A stretch of DNA of 64,000 nt from a bacterium (GTDB lineage Bacteria; UBA10199; 2-02-FULL-44-16; JAAZCA01): the NCBI GenBank assembly GCA_963674695.2, contig CAXXGI010000003.1:544001-608000 (forward strand), written 5' to 3'. The translations under genes and the position numbers were made by a program. Positions within the stretch are counted from its first letter, which is position 1. Every line of letters begins with the position of its first letter. The notes beneath the pieces are model-generated. The model saw only the letters and a program-made list of their open reading frames with translations, was not told the DNA's origin and made no database searches. Positions 49,843 through 59,397 of this stretch are shown piece after piece.

Positions 49843-50532
49843 CTATTTGTTGTTCCGTTTTCTTCGTATCGTCAGCAGACCGACGCTTGCCATGAGCATC
49901 CAGAGAATTGCGGGGTTGGCCGCGGCGTTGGGGCTCAGGGCACAGCCGCCGGGATCTTCGCTCATCGGGTTGCCGCCACCGGGGATTCCGCCCGGAGGAA
50001 GGTCGTTTTCGTCTGCGTCACCGCCGCCGATCTCTGCGAGATCCTCTTCGGTCGCGAAGCGCATGCCGAGACAGGCGGCGCCGCCGTCCAATTCGCCCAT
50101 CGCATCCTCATCGTCGTTCATCGGCGTGGACAGCGAGATCACGACATCCGCGTCAATATCCTCGCGGCTGGTCTCGAGAACTGTGGTCTCTTCCGTATAG
50201 GGGGCCTGATTCGGATTCGGGATATAGACACAGTTGTCGCAGGCATCGTCGATGCCATCCGCGTCCGTATCCTGCCCGATCGGCTCACAGGCGTCGGAGG
50301 CGCTGTCGTCATCGTCGTCTTCGTCCTCGAGTTCCGCTTCCCAATCCTCTTCAGTCGATTCGCCGTCGCGATTGGCATCCGGAAGAAGAAGTTCGACTCC
50401 GCCATCGACCGGTCGCTGGATGACGTACCCGTCGACATCGGTATCATCGCTCCCACCGCCCCATCCAAATGTTGAGATCGGACCCATGGCAACGACCGCA
50501 ATAAAACAGGTGATGCAGATCAGTGTTTTCAT
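49843..50532 (-). CDS. Acidic surface protein with a thrombospondin type 3 repeat and a MYXO-CTERM-like sorting tail
   Basis: Signal peptide; DTDADGIDDACDNC; C-terminal GGC + TM helix + RRKR. Confidence 0.85.
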   Translation of the reverse strand: MKTLICITCFIAVVAMGPISTFGWGGGSDDTDVDGYVIQRPVDGGVELLLPDANRDGESTEEDWEAELEDEDDDDDSASDACEPIGQDTDADGIDDACDNCVYIPNPNQAPYTEETTVLETSREDIDADVVISLSTPMNDDEDAMGELDGGAACLGMRFATEEDLAEIGGGDADENDLPPGGIPGGGNPMSEDPGGCALSPNAAANPAILWMLMASVGLLTIRRKRNNK

Positions 50533-50560
50533 ATCTTCCTCCAACGCTCAAAAAGAGTGT

Positions 50561-51733
50561 TTATTTGCAAGCGTTCCAATCGATCGTCATGGAAATGATT
50601 TCTGCTCCGGATCGAACAAAGACTTGCCCTACTGTATCAGCGCTGATTCCCTCAAGGGTTTCATCTTCATTCGAACAGGTCACGGTGATACCTTGGCTGA
50701 GATCCACACGGGAAATACTTCCTCCAGAGTGGAGTACGTAGACGAAGGCACCCGCATCGGCGGCCACATGCACAGCCTGCGTGACATTGCTGAGCGGAAT
50801 AGCATTCGTAATGCTCGGCGGACTCAGCTCGACCTGATCGATGCCTTGCGCGTAACCGACAGCAATGCTGCTGGAATCGATGGGCATGAGGTTGGCGTCG
50901 AGTGGACTGCCGCTCAATGCAACGGTGGGATGGTCCGTGCCTTCACAGGCGAGCATGCTTTCGGTCTGTGCATCGAGCGAGACGATCGAAGTGCCGGTCA
51001 GCACTGCCAGGTGTGAACCGGCCAGCGCCATGGCGCTGGCTCGCGAGGCGATGTCACATCCGACAAAGTCATCCTCGGGAGAGATGTTCGGCCATTGCTT
51101 ATAATTGATGCCTACGACTGCGCTGCGCGATCCCGTCAGTTCTGCCGTAAAATAGAGCGTCTTCTTGTACAGAGCACCGGCTCCAACACTGAGCACTTTT
51201 ACGGAGTCATCGAAAAAAGTTCTGTCATCTTCCGCCAGGACGGTCTCCATGGATCCACCGTTCAAAACGTGATAGCCGACCTGATTCTCCTTTTGGACCG
51301 AAACGAAGATGTGTCCATCGCTGAGTTCCTGGATACTCTTCCCCGAAAATGCACCCGCGAGGGTCTTCTGTGAACAGCTGCCATCCGATGTGCAGGAGAA
51401 AAGGCGGGTACCACTCAGCCCCCAATGCTTGCCCTTCGAGGAGAGCAGATACTGCTTCGGCGCAAACGGTGCATTGAAGGAGGTGCCGTAGCTGATGGCC
51501 GGGGTCAGGTCATCCCCGGTCTCCTCTTCACCGGTGGATTCTCCTGTTTCCTCGTCGCCGTCTTCGCCTTCGACCCCTTCGGCATCCTGGTCGCCGTCAG
51601 CGGATTTGGCCTCATATGGCCCGCCGGTTTCGCAGCCCGACATCACGGCGGCAATTGCCGCAGCGGCGGCAAGATAGCCCAGATAGGCGAGAACAGGTGC
51701 GATTCCGAGAATGGTGAGCGTTGCTGGTAGCAT
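50561..51733 (-). CDS. Hypothetical lipoprotein with a beta-rich (propeller-like) body
   Basis: Long hydrophobic leader ending MSG-C, acidic linker, repeated short beta-strand pattern; GGAGGA RBS. Confidence 0.75.
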   Translation of the reverse strand: MLPATLTILGIAPVLAYLGYLAAAAAIAAVMSGCETGGPYEAKSADGDQDAEGVEGEDGDEETGESTGEEETGDDLTPAISYGTSFNAPFAPKQYLLSSKGKHWGLSGTRLFSCTSDGSCSQKTLAGAFSGKSIQELSDGHIFVSVQKENQVGYHVLNGGSMETVLAEDDRTFFDDSVKVLSVGAGALYKKTLYFTAELTGSRSAVVGINYKQWPNISPEDDFVGCDIASRASAMALAGSHLAVLTGTSIVSLDAQTESMLACEGTDHPTVALSGSPLDANLMPIDSSSIAVGYAQGIDQVELSPPSITNAIPLSNVTQAVHVAADAGAFVYVLHSGGSISRVDLSQGITVTCSNEDETLEGISADTVGQVFVRSGAEIISMTIDWNACK

Positions 51734-51791
51734 GGTGCATCCTCCGACCATGCCCCCCCTTGATGAATCCCCCTTGCGTCCTTCACTCTCA

Positions 51792-51817
51792 TTATCGGCC
51801 GATTTTGGGGAATGTTG
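51792..51817 (-). promoter_or_regulatory. sigma28-like promoter motif CAAC-N15-CCGATAA
   Basis: Reverse complement caacattccccaaaatcggccgataa. Confidence 0.6.
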
Positions 51818-51904
51818 CGTCCCAATTCTATATAGCGGTCTTTTTTTTGGGCGACGCATAACTATATGAAATAATTGTATATAATTGATCTCCTTGATAT
51901 CGGT

Positions 51905-52048
51905 ATCGTGAGATAGCGAGATAGCTTCATGGTGAGATGGCTGAATCGTGAGATAGCTAAATGGTGAGATGGCAAAAACGGAAAAGAGATCGCACAGTTG
52001 TTGTTTTTAGCCATCTCACCATCTTACCATCTCACAATCTCACCATCT
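51905..52048. repeat. Inverted 8-nt repeat arrays (GTGAGATR / YATCTCAC) around a unique core
   Basis: Homologous in reverse orientation to 57507-57727. Confidence 0.85.
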
Positions 52049-52059
52049 TGGACATGAAA

Positions 52060-52075
52060 TGGCATAGAGATTGCT
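52060..52075 (+). promoter_or_regulatory. sigma54 promoter
   Basis: TGGCAT-AGAGA-TTGCT matches the -24/-12 consensus spacing. Confidence 0.7.
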
Positions 52076-52113
52076 ATAGAATGAAGGTGGTAGGACAAAG
52101 GAGTTTTGGGTCT

Positions 52114-53487
52114 ATGGAAAAACAAGGACTTAGACGATATTTGGGCTTTGGCCTGGGGGTTGTGCTCCTCTCCCTGTGGGTCGGTGTCTCCGGTTGTTCC
52201 GGAACGATCTCCGGGCAGATCTACTTCGACGCCAACAAGAACAGCACGCTCGACAGCAATGAAATCGGCGTTCCCTTCGCGAAACTGACCGTCATCAAGG
52301 ACGGAAAGACCATGAAAGAGGGTTTTACGGACGCTGAGGGCAATTTCCGTTTTAAACACGGCGGAGAGGGAACCTATTATCTCAAAATCGACACCTCGCT
52401 CCTCGAAGAGATGGGGGCCGCTGACTATTCCGCCCCGATAGAGCAGGAGGAAGAGGACGGGCCCAGCGCACAGGTCTTCAAGGCGATCGACATGGACGAT
52501 GGTGAGGATACCTCTGGTGCAGCCGGTGGAACCGGCCTGGAGGGCGATGACGATGACGACAGCAGCACGTCGAACACGGGCAGCAAGCCCGCAGCGCTTC
52601 CCTCCGAGCATACATCCAGCGGCTATCGCGTGAGCGTGGAGAACATCGTGGAGAAGAAGCACGAGATGATCCCGGTCTGGTACGATCGGCTCGCGGCGCT
52701 GAGCCGCTTGCCCGAACGCGTGGAACAGAAGTGTATCTGCGGCGCGCCCTGCACGCTCAAGATCCCCTATCCGGCACAGTGCTCGCTCGAGCCGCTCTAT
52801 GTCGGCCAGGGCATCAGCCTCGATGGCGGTGCGAACGCCGCCTGGGACTCGACCTTCAACGTCGTGACCTTCCTCGAGGGATCGAATGTCTCGGCCCAAC
52901 GCATCGGCGCCAAGGCCCAGTCGACCGATTCCAGTGGTTCAACGGTGCCGACCGTCGCCTCCAACGAGCTGGCCATGGCCGAGATCGACATCGTCAGTGA
53001 GTGTACCGAGGAGGAGGAGCGTACCTTCGAACCCAAGATCAAGTGCGGCGATGAGATCATCGACGGTGGCAGCATCCCGGTGAAGTTCGAGTATGAGGTG
53101 AAGGCGGAGCTGGGATTTTCGATATTGGGTGACGCGTCTGTCGGTAGAGGAAACATTGAATTCAAACTCATCGTCTATAATACGGGTTTGAACACGATCA
53201 AACGAGGCAAGGTGAAACTGGAACTCCCCGCCCTGTGCACGATGAACATCATCAGTTCCGATTCCAGTGCAGCGTGTCAGGATCGACGTGGGTCGATGGT
53301 CTGTATCGTCGAGAATCTCGCGGGCGAGAGCGATGTTACCTTCCGAGGTTCATTCGATATGCCGACACAACTCAGCAGCAGCACCGAATTCGAGATGAAG
53401 GCGACGTTTGAGGCAGAAGGCCTCGAGGATGATATCGAGGAGGAGAGCAGCTGGTATATCGAGGCGGTGCCGGAGGAAGGGACGTAG
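52114..53487 (+). CDS. Lipoprotein with an SdrD B-like domain and a C-terminal Ig-like domain
   Basis: VSG-C lipobox; ISGQIYFDANKNSTLDSNEIG...TDAEGNFRF...GTYYL; C-terminal FKLIVYNTG. Confidence 0.8.
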   Translation: MEKQGLRRYLGFGLGVVLLSLWVGVSGCSGTISGQIYFDANKNSTLDSNEIGVPFAKLTVIKDGKTMKEGFTDAEGNFRFKHGGEGTYYLKIDTSLLEEMGAADYSAPIEQEEEDGPSAQVFKAIDMDDGEDTSGAAGGTGLEGDDDDDSSTSNTGSKPAALPSEHTSSGYRVSVENIVEKKHEMIPVWYDRLAALSRLPERVEQKCICGAPCTLKIPYPAQCSLEPLYVGQGISLDGGANAAWDSTFNVVTFLEGSNVSAQRIGAKAQSTDSSGSTVPTVASNELAMAEIDIVSECTEEEERTFEPKIKCGDEIIDGGSIPVKFEYEVKAELGFSILGDASVGRGNIEFKLIVYNTGLNTIKRGKVKLELPALCTMNIISSDSSAACQDRRGSMVCIVENLAGESDVTFRGSFDMPTQLSSSTEFEMKATFEAEGLEDDIEEESSWYIEAVPEEGT

Positions 53488-53497
53488 AATATGAAGT

Positions 53498-53565
53498 GTC
53501 ATTCCCGCGAAAGCGGGAATCTCGCTTGATACGGCACATCGAGATCCCCGCGTTCGCGGGGATGA
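53498..53565. repeat. REP-like palindrome doublet
   Basis: gtcattcccgcgaaagcgggaatctc...gagatccccgcgttcgcggggatgac. Confidence 0.85.
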
Positions 53566-53640
53566 CACAACCACAGACTTGTCATCAAAGCCATGCGGCC
53601 CCACGAGGCCGCTTTTTTTACGCAAAAATCGGGCCAACCC

Positions 53641-53669
53641 CTTGACTCCCCTGCTGATTCACTCCATAT
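53641..53669 (+). promoter_or_regulatory. sigma32 (RpoH)-type promoter of dnaK
   Basis: CTTGAC-N15-CTCCATAT. Confidence 0.7.
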
Positions 53670-53724
53670 GAGCCCTGCGGCCATTCTGGCCGTCAACAAA
53701 TCCTTTAAAACAGTTGGAGGAAAC

Positions 53725-55647
53725 ATGGGTAAAATCATTGGAATCGACTTGGGAACGACCAACTCCTGCGTGGCCGTGATGGAGGGCGGAGAGCCCAAGA
53801 TCATCCCGAACGAAGAGGGAAATCGCACGACCCCGTCGGTGGTCGCCTACACCAAGGACGGCGAGATCCTGGTCGGTCAGATCGCCAAGCGCCAGGCCAT
53901 CACGAACCCTGAGAACACCATCTACTCGATCAAGCGCTTCATGGGGCGCAAATACGATGAAGTCCCGGAGGAGATCCGGATCGTGCCGTATAAGGTGGAG
54001 AAGGCCTCCAATGGCGATGTCGAAGTCCTCATCGATGGCAAGGAGCTGGCTCCCCCCGAGATCTCGGCGCATATCCTGCGCAAGCTCAAGCGCGCCGCCG
54101 AGAACTATCTGGGCGAGACCGTGAACGATGCCGTCATCACGGTTCCGGCCTATTTCAACGACAGCCAGCGCCAGGCCACCAAAGATGCCGGCAAGATCGC
54201 CGGGTTCGATGTGAAGCGCATCATCAACGAGCCGACGGCGGCGGCACTGGCCTATGGTCTGGACAAGAAGAAGGACGAGACGGTCGCCGTCTTCGATTTC
54301 GGCGGCGGAACCTTTGACATCTCGATCCTGGAAGTCGGCGAAAACGTCGTGGAGGTCGCCTCGACCAACGGTGACACGCACCTGGGCGGCGACAACATCG
54401 ATCAGCGGCTCATGGAGTATCTCATCGAGGAGTTCAAGAAGGATCAGGGCATCGATGTCTCGAACGACAAGATGGTTCTGCAGCGCCTGAAAGAGGCGGC
54501 CGAGAAGGCGAAGATCGAACTCTCCCAGACCATGGAGACCGAGATCAACCTCCCCTTCCTCACCGCCGACGCCTCGGGCCCGAAACACATGAACATCAAG
54601 ATGACGCGCGCGAAGTTTGAGTCGCTCGTGGGCGATCTGCTGGAGAAGACGATCGAGCCCTGCAAGAAGGCGCTGAGTGACGCCGACAAGAAGCCCTCGG
54701 ATATCCATGAGGTGATCCTGGTCGGTGGCTCCACACGCATTCCGAAGGTACAGGAGATCGTGAAGGAGTTCTTCGGGCGCGAACCGCACAAGGGCGTGAA
54801 CCCGGACGAGGTCGTCGCGGCCGGCGCATCGGTCCAGGGCGGCGTGCTCGCGGGCGATGTGAAGGACATGCTCTTGCTCGACGTCACCCCGCTCTCGCTC
54901 GGCATCGAGACGCTCGGCGGCGTGATGACCAAACTGATCGAGCGCAACACCACGATCCCCACGCGCAAGAGCCAGGTCTTCTCGACCGCGGCCGACAGCC
55001 AGACCTCCGTCGAGGTCCATGTGCTGCAGGGCGAGCGCGAGATGGCCAGCGATGATCGCACGCTCGGGCGCTTTCACTTGGATGGCATTCCGCCGGCTCC
55101 GCGCGGCGTGCCGCAGGTGGAGGTCACCTTTGACATCGACGCCAACGGCATCGTGCATGTCATGGCAAAGGACAAGGCGACGAACAAGGAACAGAAGATC
55201 ACGATCACCTCGAGTTCGGGGCTGGAAAAGAACGACATCGATCGGCTCGTCAAAGAGGCCAAGGAACACGAGGGCGACGACAAAAAGCGCCGCGAAGATA
55301 TCGACCTGCGCAACCAGGCCGATTCCATGGTCTACAACACCGAGAAGATGCTGAACGAAAACCGTGAGAAGATCCCGGTGGGCGATGCACAGAAGGTCGA
55401 CGAGGCGCTCGCCGCATGCAAGAAGGCGCTCGAAGACAAGGATGGGGCTGCCATCAAGTCGACCATGGAGGCGCTCACGCAGGCTTCGCACAAGATGGCC
55501 GAGGCGATGTACAAGGCCAGCAGCGCTGAGGCCGGAACCCAGCCAGGCGCCGAAGACGCGCAGCCCGGTGCGGAAGAGCCGAAGAAAGAAGAGAAAAAGG
55601 ACGAGAACGTCGTCGACGCTGAGTTCGAGGAGTCGAAAGACAGCTAA
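53725..55647 (+). CDS. dnaK: Chaperone DnaK
   Basis: [30 protein letters not shown]; GGAGG RBS. Confidence 0.98.
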   Translation: MGKIIGIDLGTTNSCVAVMEGGEPKIIPNEEGNRTTPSVVAYTKDGEILVGQIAKRQAITNPENTIYSIKRFMGRKYDEVPEEIRIVPYKVEKASNGDVEVLIDGKELAPPEISAHILRKLKRAAENYLGETVNDAVITVPAYFNDSQRQATKDAGKIAGFDVKRIINEPTAAALAYGLDKKKDETVAVFDFGGGTFDISILEVGENVVEVASTNGDTHLGGDNIDQRLMEYLIEEFKKDQGIDVSNDKMVLQRLKEAAEKAKIELSQTMETEINLPFLTADASGPKHMNIKMTRAKFESLVGDLLEKTIEPCKKALSDADKKPSDIHEVILVGGSTRIPKVQEIVKEFFGREPHKGVNPDEVVAAGASVQGGVLAGDVKDMLLLDVTPLSLGIETLGGVMTKLIERNTTIPTRKSQVFSTAADSQTSVEVHVLQGEREMASDDRTLGRFHLDGIPPAPRGVPQVEVTFDIDANGIVHVMAKDKATNKEQKITITSSSGLEKNDIDRLVKEAKEHEGDDKKRREDIDLRNQADSMVYNTEKMLNENREKIPVGDAQKVDEALAACKKALEDKDGAAIKSTMEALTQASHKMAEAMYKASSAEAGTQPGAEDAQPGAEEPKKEEKKDENVVDAEFEESKDS

Positions 55648-55681
55648 GGCGAGGCACGCTTGTCACGCGAGACAGGAAATC

Positions 55682-55710
55682 AAACGGCGCCCACGCGGGC
55701 GCCGTTTTGT
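55682..55710. terminator. Intrinsic terminator after dnaK
   Basis: aaacggcgccc-acgc-gggcgccgtttt. Confidence 0.8.
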
Positions 55711-55731
55711 ATTGGTGGTTGGGAATACAGC

Positions 55732-56520
55732 CTACTGTATTTCGCCTGATTTGATTTCGATGATAAGACTTCCACCGCTGCCATCGTTCTCCTTGAAGTT
55801 GACACGGATATGCGCCTTATCCTCCATGGTAATCGTAATGCTCTCTTTTGGGCTGTTAGGGTCGAAGTAGGACATGCCCTTGCGCTTTCCGCTCTCCTGT
55901 TTCGGAAATCGAATCCGCATCCTCGCTTCATCAAAGCTGCAGCCCGCATCTTCGAGTTTTTTGCGATCTGCCTTTGAGATGATGAGCTTTGTCACAACCG
56001 GGTGCGCGCCACTCTTGACTGCATCGCGCGTTGGCGCGAGCCCCTTTTCATGAAACCGCGCTGCCATCAGCCGAGAACTGATCGTGTTCTTCCCCTTGTC
56101 GCTGTGGACATCGAAGAGGTGGTGATCATCCTTATCGAAGACCCCATATTGATCGCAACTACAACGAGCCTGATTTAAAGGTGCCCCTAAACGCACGCCA
56201 AAGGCATCAGCCACCATTTTGTGCTTCGGCTTGATCTCCCAGGATTCATGGGCCAGCTCGTCCTTCATCTTTTGGACTCGCGCTTCTTCCTCCTGCTTCT
56301 CTGCGCGTTCGGCACAGACAAATTTATAGATGCCCTGAATGCTTGGATTGTTCATCTTGAGAACGTGGCTTCCACCATCCCGATTCTTCTGGATAAACAG
56401 ATCCCTTTCACCAACGATGCCATCGCCGTCCTGATCGAGAACGGTCACTCCTTCGCGATTAGCTTTCGCCGATTGATTGAATTCCTTGATCGATATATTC
56501 GAACAACGCATTTCACCCAT
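55732..56520 (-). CDS. Hypothetical Lys-rich protein with a DxDGDG loop
   Basis: 262-aa ORF with GGGAG RBS, visibly lower GC, LDQDGDGIVGERD. Confidence 0.7.
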   Translation of the reverse strand: MGEMRCSNISIKEFNQSAKANREGVTVLDQDGDGIVGERDLFIQKNRDGGSHVLKMNNPSIQGIYKFVCAERAEKQEEEARVQKMKDELAHESWEIKPKHKMVADAFGVRLGAPLNQARCSCDQYGVFDKDDHHLFDVHSDKGKNTISSRLMAARFHEKGLAPTRDAVKSGAHPVVTKLIISKADRKKLEDAGCSFDEARMRIRFPKQESGKRKGMSYFDPNSPKESITITMEDKAHIRVNFKENDGSGGSLIIEIKSGEIQ

Positions 56521-56554
56521 AGATGCTCCCTGATGTAGGCTCCTCTTAAGAGAA

Positions 56555-56581
56555 TTATCGGCAATGAGATACCTGGAGTTG
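56555..56581 (-). promoter_or_regulatory. sigma28-like promoter motif CAAC-N16-CCGATAA
   Basis: Reverse complement caactccaggtatctcattgccgataa. Confidence 0.68.
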
Positions 56582-56657
56582 CTTCAGATTCAGGCAAAAA
56601 TAAATCTGAGATACACATGCGGTTTAAAGGTGCGGCGGGCAATTCAGAATAGCAACA

Positions 56658-56813
56658 GGACACCTCTAAAAACTGCGTTTTTTGCCTGTCATCCCCGAGT
56701 GATTCTATCGGGGATCCAGCCCGGAAAACTATAGAGGAGAAAGCTTTGGCTGGATTCCCGCTTACCCCCGCGGGAATGACACCATTCGGAATTTGAGGTT
56801 TTTAGAGGTGCCC
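56658..56813. mobile_element. MITE with GGGCACCTCTAAAAAC-type TIRs carrying a REP doublet
   Basis: ggacacctctaaaaac...gtttttagaggtgccc flanked by AACA direct repeats. Confidence 0.82.
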
Positions 56814-56818
56814 AACAT

Positions 56819-57496
56819 TCACTCACGCTTTCCCGCTACGATCAGCGTGATCTCGCCCTTTGGCGGTTTCTCCTCCACCTGACGATGGAGTTCTGAAAGA
56901 TTTCCACGCGCGAATTCTTCATGAAGCTTGGTCAATTCGCGGCAGATGCAGGCCTGGCGATCGCCCAGGATATCGAGGCAATCCTTGAGCGTCGCGGCGA
57001 TCTTCCACTTCGAGACATAGAGGACGAGCGTATGCGGAATGTCGCGTATCTCCTCCAGGACGCGACGGCGTTTTCCAGGCTTGTCCGGCAGAAATCCGAC
57101 ATACGTGAACCGGTCGGTGGGAAGCCCCGCAGCCGAGAGCGCCGTGATAACCGCGGAGACGCCGGGGATCGGAACGACCTCGATGCCGGCCTTGAGCGCG
57201 GCGGTAACGAGCGGATAGCCCGGATCGGAGATGCAGGGCGTTCCTGCCTCCGATACGAGCGCGATATTCTCGCCCCCAAGGAGTTGGGCGACGATCCGTT
57301 CCGCTTTTACGCACTCGCGTCCCTGATAGTAGCTCATCAGCTTCGTATGCAGATCGAAGTGCGTCAGGAGCTTGCGCGTCGTGCGCGTGTCCTCCGCGGC
57401 GATGAGATCGACCTCCTTGAGGATACGCAACGCGCGCAGCGTCATATCCTCGAGATTCCCGATCGGTGTGGCGACGATGTAGAGGGTTCCGGCCAT
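56819..57496 (-). CDS. rsmI: 16S rRNA (cytidine1402-2'-O)-methyltransferase
   Basis: LYIVATPIGNLED, AEDTR, SEAGTPCISDPG, RELTKLHEE. Confidence 0.96.
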   Translation of the reverse strand: MAGTLYIVATPIGNLEDMTLRALRILKEVDLIAAEDTRTTRKLLTHFDLHTKLMSYYQGRECVKAERIVAQLLGGENIALVSEAGTPCISDPGYPLVTAALKAGIEVVPIPGVSAVITALSAAGLPTDRFTYVGFLPDKPGKRRRVLEEIRDIPHTLVLYVSKWKIAATLKDCLDILGDRQACICRELTKLHEEFARGNLSELHRQVEEKPPKGEITLIVAGKRE

Positions 57497-57506
57497 GCTT
57501 TGTTAG

Positions 57507-57727
57507 ATGGTGAGATAGTGAGATAGTGAGATAGTGAGATAGCTAAAAGCCACTTCCTAGACTATCGTTTTTTCCGTTTTGCCATCTCACTATTAGGCTA
57601 TCTCACGATTGAGCCATCTCACTATTAGGCTATCTCACGATCTCACGATTGAGCCATCTCACTATTAGGCTATCTCACGATCTCACGATTGAGCCATCTC
57701 ACTATTTGGCTATCTCACGATCTCACT
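57507..57727. repeat. Inverted 8-nt repeat arrays with 32/40-nt higher-order units
   Basis: Tandem GTGAGATA units, a unique core, then gccatctcactattaggctatctcacgat... x4. Confidence 0.9.
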
Positions 57728-59351
57728 AGTAGTAATGTGCAATCGGACATCGGCGTCCGGGGCCGAAGGCCTTCGAAGTGATCTTGAGGCCGGGGGCAGA
57801 CTGCCGGCGTTTGTATTCATTGCGATCGATCATACCGGTGATGCGCTCGACGAGCGCTGCTTCGAACCCCATCGCGATGATCGCGGCCACGCTCTGGCGC
57901 TCTTCGACATAGGCGCGGATGATCGGATCGAGGATCTCATAGGGCGGCAGCGAATCCGTATCCTGCTGGTCGGGCCTGAGCTCCGCCGAAGGGGGTTTGG
58001 TCAAGATCGCCTGTGGAATCACTTCATGTTTCCGATTCAGATGGCGCGCGAGCGCGAAGACCATCGTCTTCGGGATGTCGGAGATGAGCGCCAGCCCCCC
58101 CGCCATGTCGCCATAGAGCGTGCAGTAGCCGACCGAGATCTCCGATTTATTTCCGGTCGAGAGCACCAGCGCCCCCTCGCGGTTGGAGATCGCCATCAGA
58201 ATATTGCCGCGGATGCGCGCCTGAATGTTCTCTTCCGCGAGCGTCACCGTGTTCGGATCGAAGGCGAGCTGTTGCCGATAGGTCTCGTAGATATCACCGA
58301 TCGGTTCCGTGCAGGTGATGATGCCGAGGTTCTTCGCCAGCGCCTGTGCGTCGGTCACACTCGATTCGGAGCTGTACGGAGAGGGCATCAGCACGCCCAA
58401 GACCTTGTCGGGGCCGATCGCCTCGGTCGCAATGGCGGCCACGACGGCCGAATCGATGCCACCGGAGAGGCCGATGACGACGCGATCGAACCCGCACTTG
58501 CGCATGTAGTCGCGCAGCCCCAACACGAGCGCCTGCCGGATCTCCTCCTCCTCGGGGAGGTCCAAGAGATTCGCTGCCGGATTCAACTGATCTGTATCGA
58601 CGATGAAGCTCTCCTCGGCGAATGCCGCTCCCTCGCGAACGATCTGCCCCTTGGCATCCACCACGATCGAGCGTCCATCGAAGACCAGTTCGTCGTTTCC
58701 GCCGACCTGGTTGCAGTAGAGGATCGGACGGGAGAGATTTTTCGCCTCACCCGTAATCAACTCGCGCCGGATGGCCTGCTTGCCGATGGTAAAGGGCGAT
58801 GCAGAAAGGTTGAGGACGATATCCGCCCCCGCCTCGACGACGAGGGACACGGGATCGATGCGATAGAGGCGACGACCCGCGAACTCATGACGGCTCCAGA
58901 TGTCCTCGCACATCGTGAGCCCAATTGTGACACCGTCGAAGTCATAGACGCCATGTTCCTTCGCGGGCTCAAAATAGCGCGCTTCATCGAAGACGTCATA
59001 TTCCGGGAGCAAGGTCTTGTGTTGAACGAACTGGACGCGACCATCGCGGAGGATGGCCGCGCTGTTGAACAGCCCCTGTCCCTCGGCCGATTCGTTCAGT
59101 GAAACGAAGCCGACCACGACCGCTGTATGGCGCGTCTTTGCCGCGATGGCCTCGACTGCCTCGAGGTTGCGTTGAACGAAGGAGGGTTTTTCGAGGAGAT
59201 CGCGCGGAGGATAGCCGCAGACGGTGAGTTCTGGGAAGAGGACGAGATCGACCCCCTCCCCCTCGGCCCAGCGCAGACGCTCCTCGATCCGCGCCGCATT
59301 TCCGCGGAAATCGCCGATGGTGGTGTTGATCTGGGCCAGCGCAATCTTCAT
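57726..59351 (-). CDS. nadE: Glutamine-dependent NAD+ synthetase
   Basis: Nitrilase domain (FPEL, CEDIW) plus SGGIDS, NKSE, PPSAELRP, NEYKRRQ. Confidence 0.96.
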   Translation of the reverse strand: MKIALAQINTTIGDFRGNAARIEERLRWAEGEGVDLVLFPELTVCGYPPRDLLEKPSFVQRNLEAVEAIAAKTRHTAVVVGFVSLNESAEGQGLFNSAAILRDGRVQFVQHKTLLPEYDVFDEARYFEPAKEHGVYDFDGVTIGLTMCEDIWSRHEFAGRRLYRIDPVSLVVEAGADIVLNLSASPFTIGKQAIRRELITGEAKNLSRPILYCNQVGGNDELVFDGRSIVVDAKGQIVREGAAFAEESFIVDTDQLNPAANLLDLPEEEEIRQALVLGLRDYMRKCGFDRVVIGLSGGIDSAVVAAIATEAIGPDKVLGVLMPSPYSSESSVTDAQALAKNLGIITCTEPIGDIYETYRQQLAFDPNTVTLAEENIQARIRGNILMAISNREGALVLSTGNKSEISVGYCTLYGDMAGGLALISDIPKTMVFALARHLNRKHEVIPQAILTKPPSAELRPDQQDTDSLPPYEILDPIIRAYVEERQSVAAIIAMGFEAALVERITGMIDRNEYKRRQSAPGLKITSKAFGPGRRCPIAHYY

Positions 59352-59397
59352 GGATGCATCTCTATGGGGTGATCTGCCGAAAGTCAACGATCCCCCC

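Noticed and set aside
57581-57727. Possible CRISPR or iteron array
   Set aside because: It is built from degenerate octamers with no unique spacers, and no rep or cas gene is nearby.
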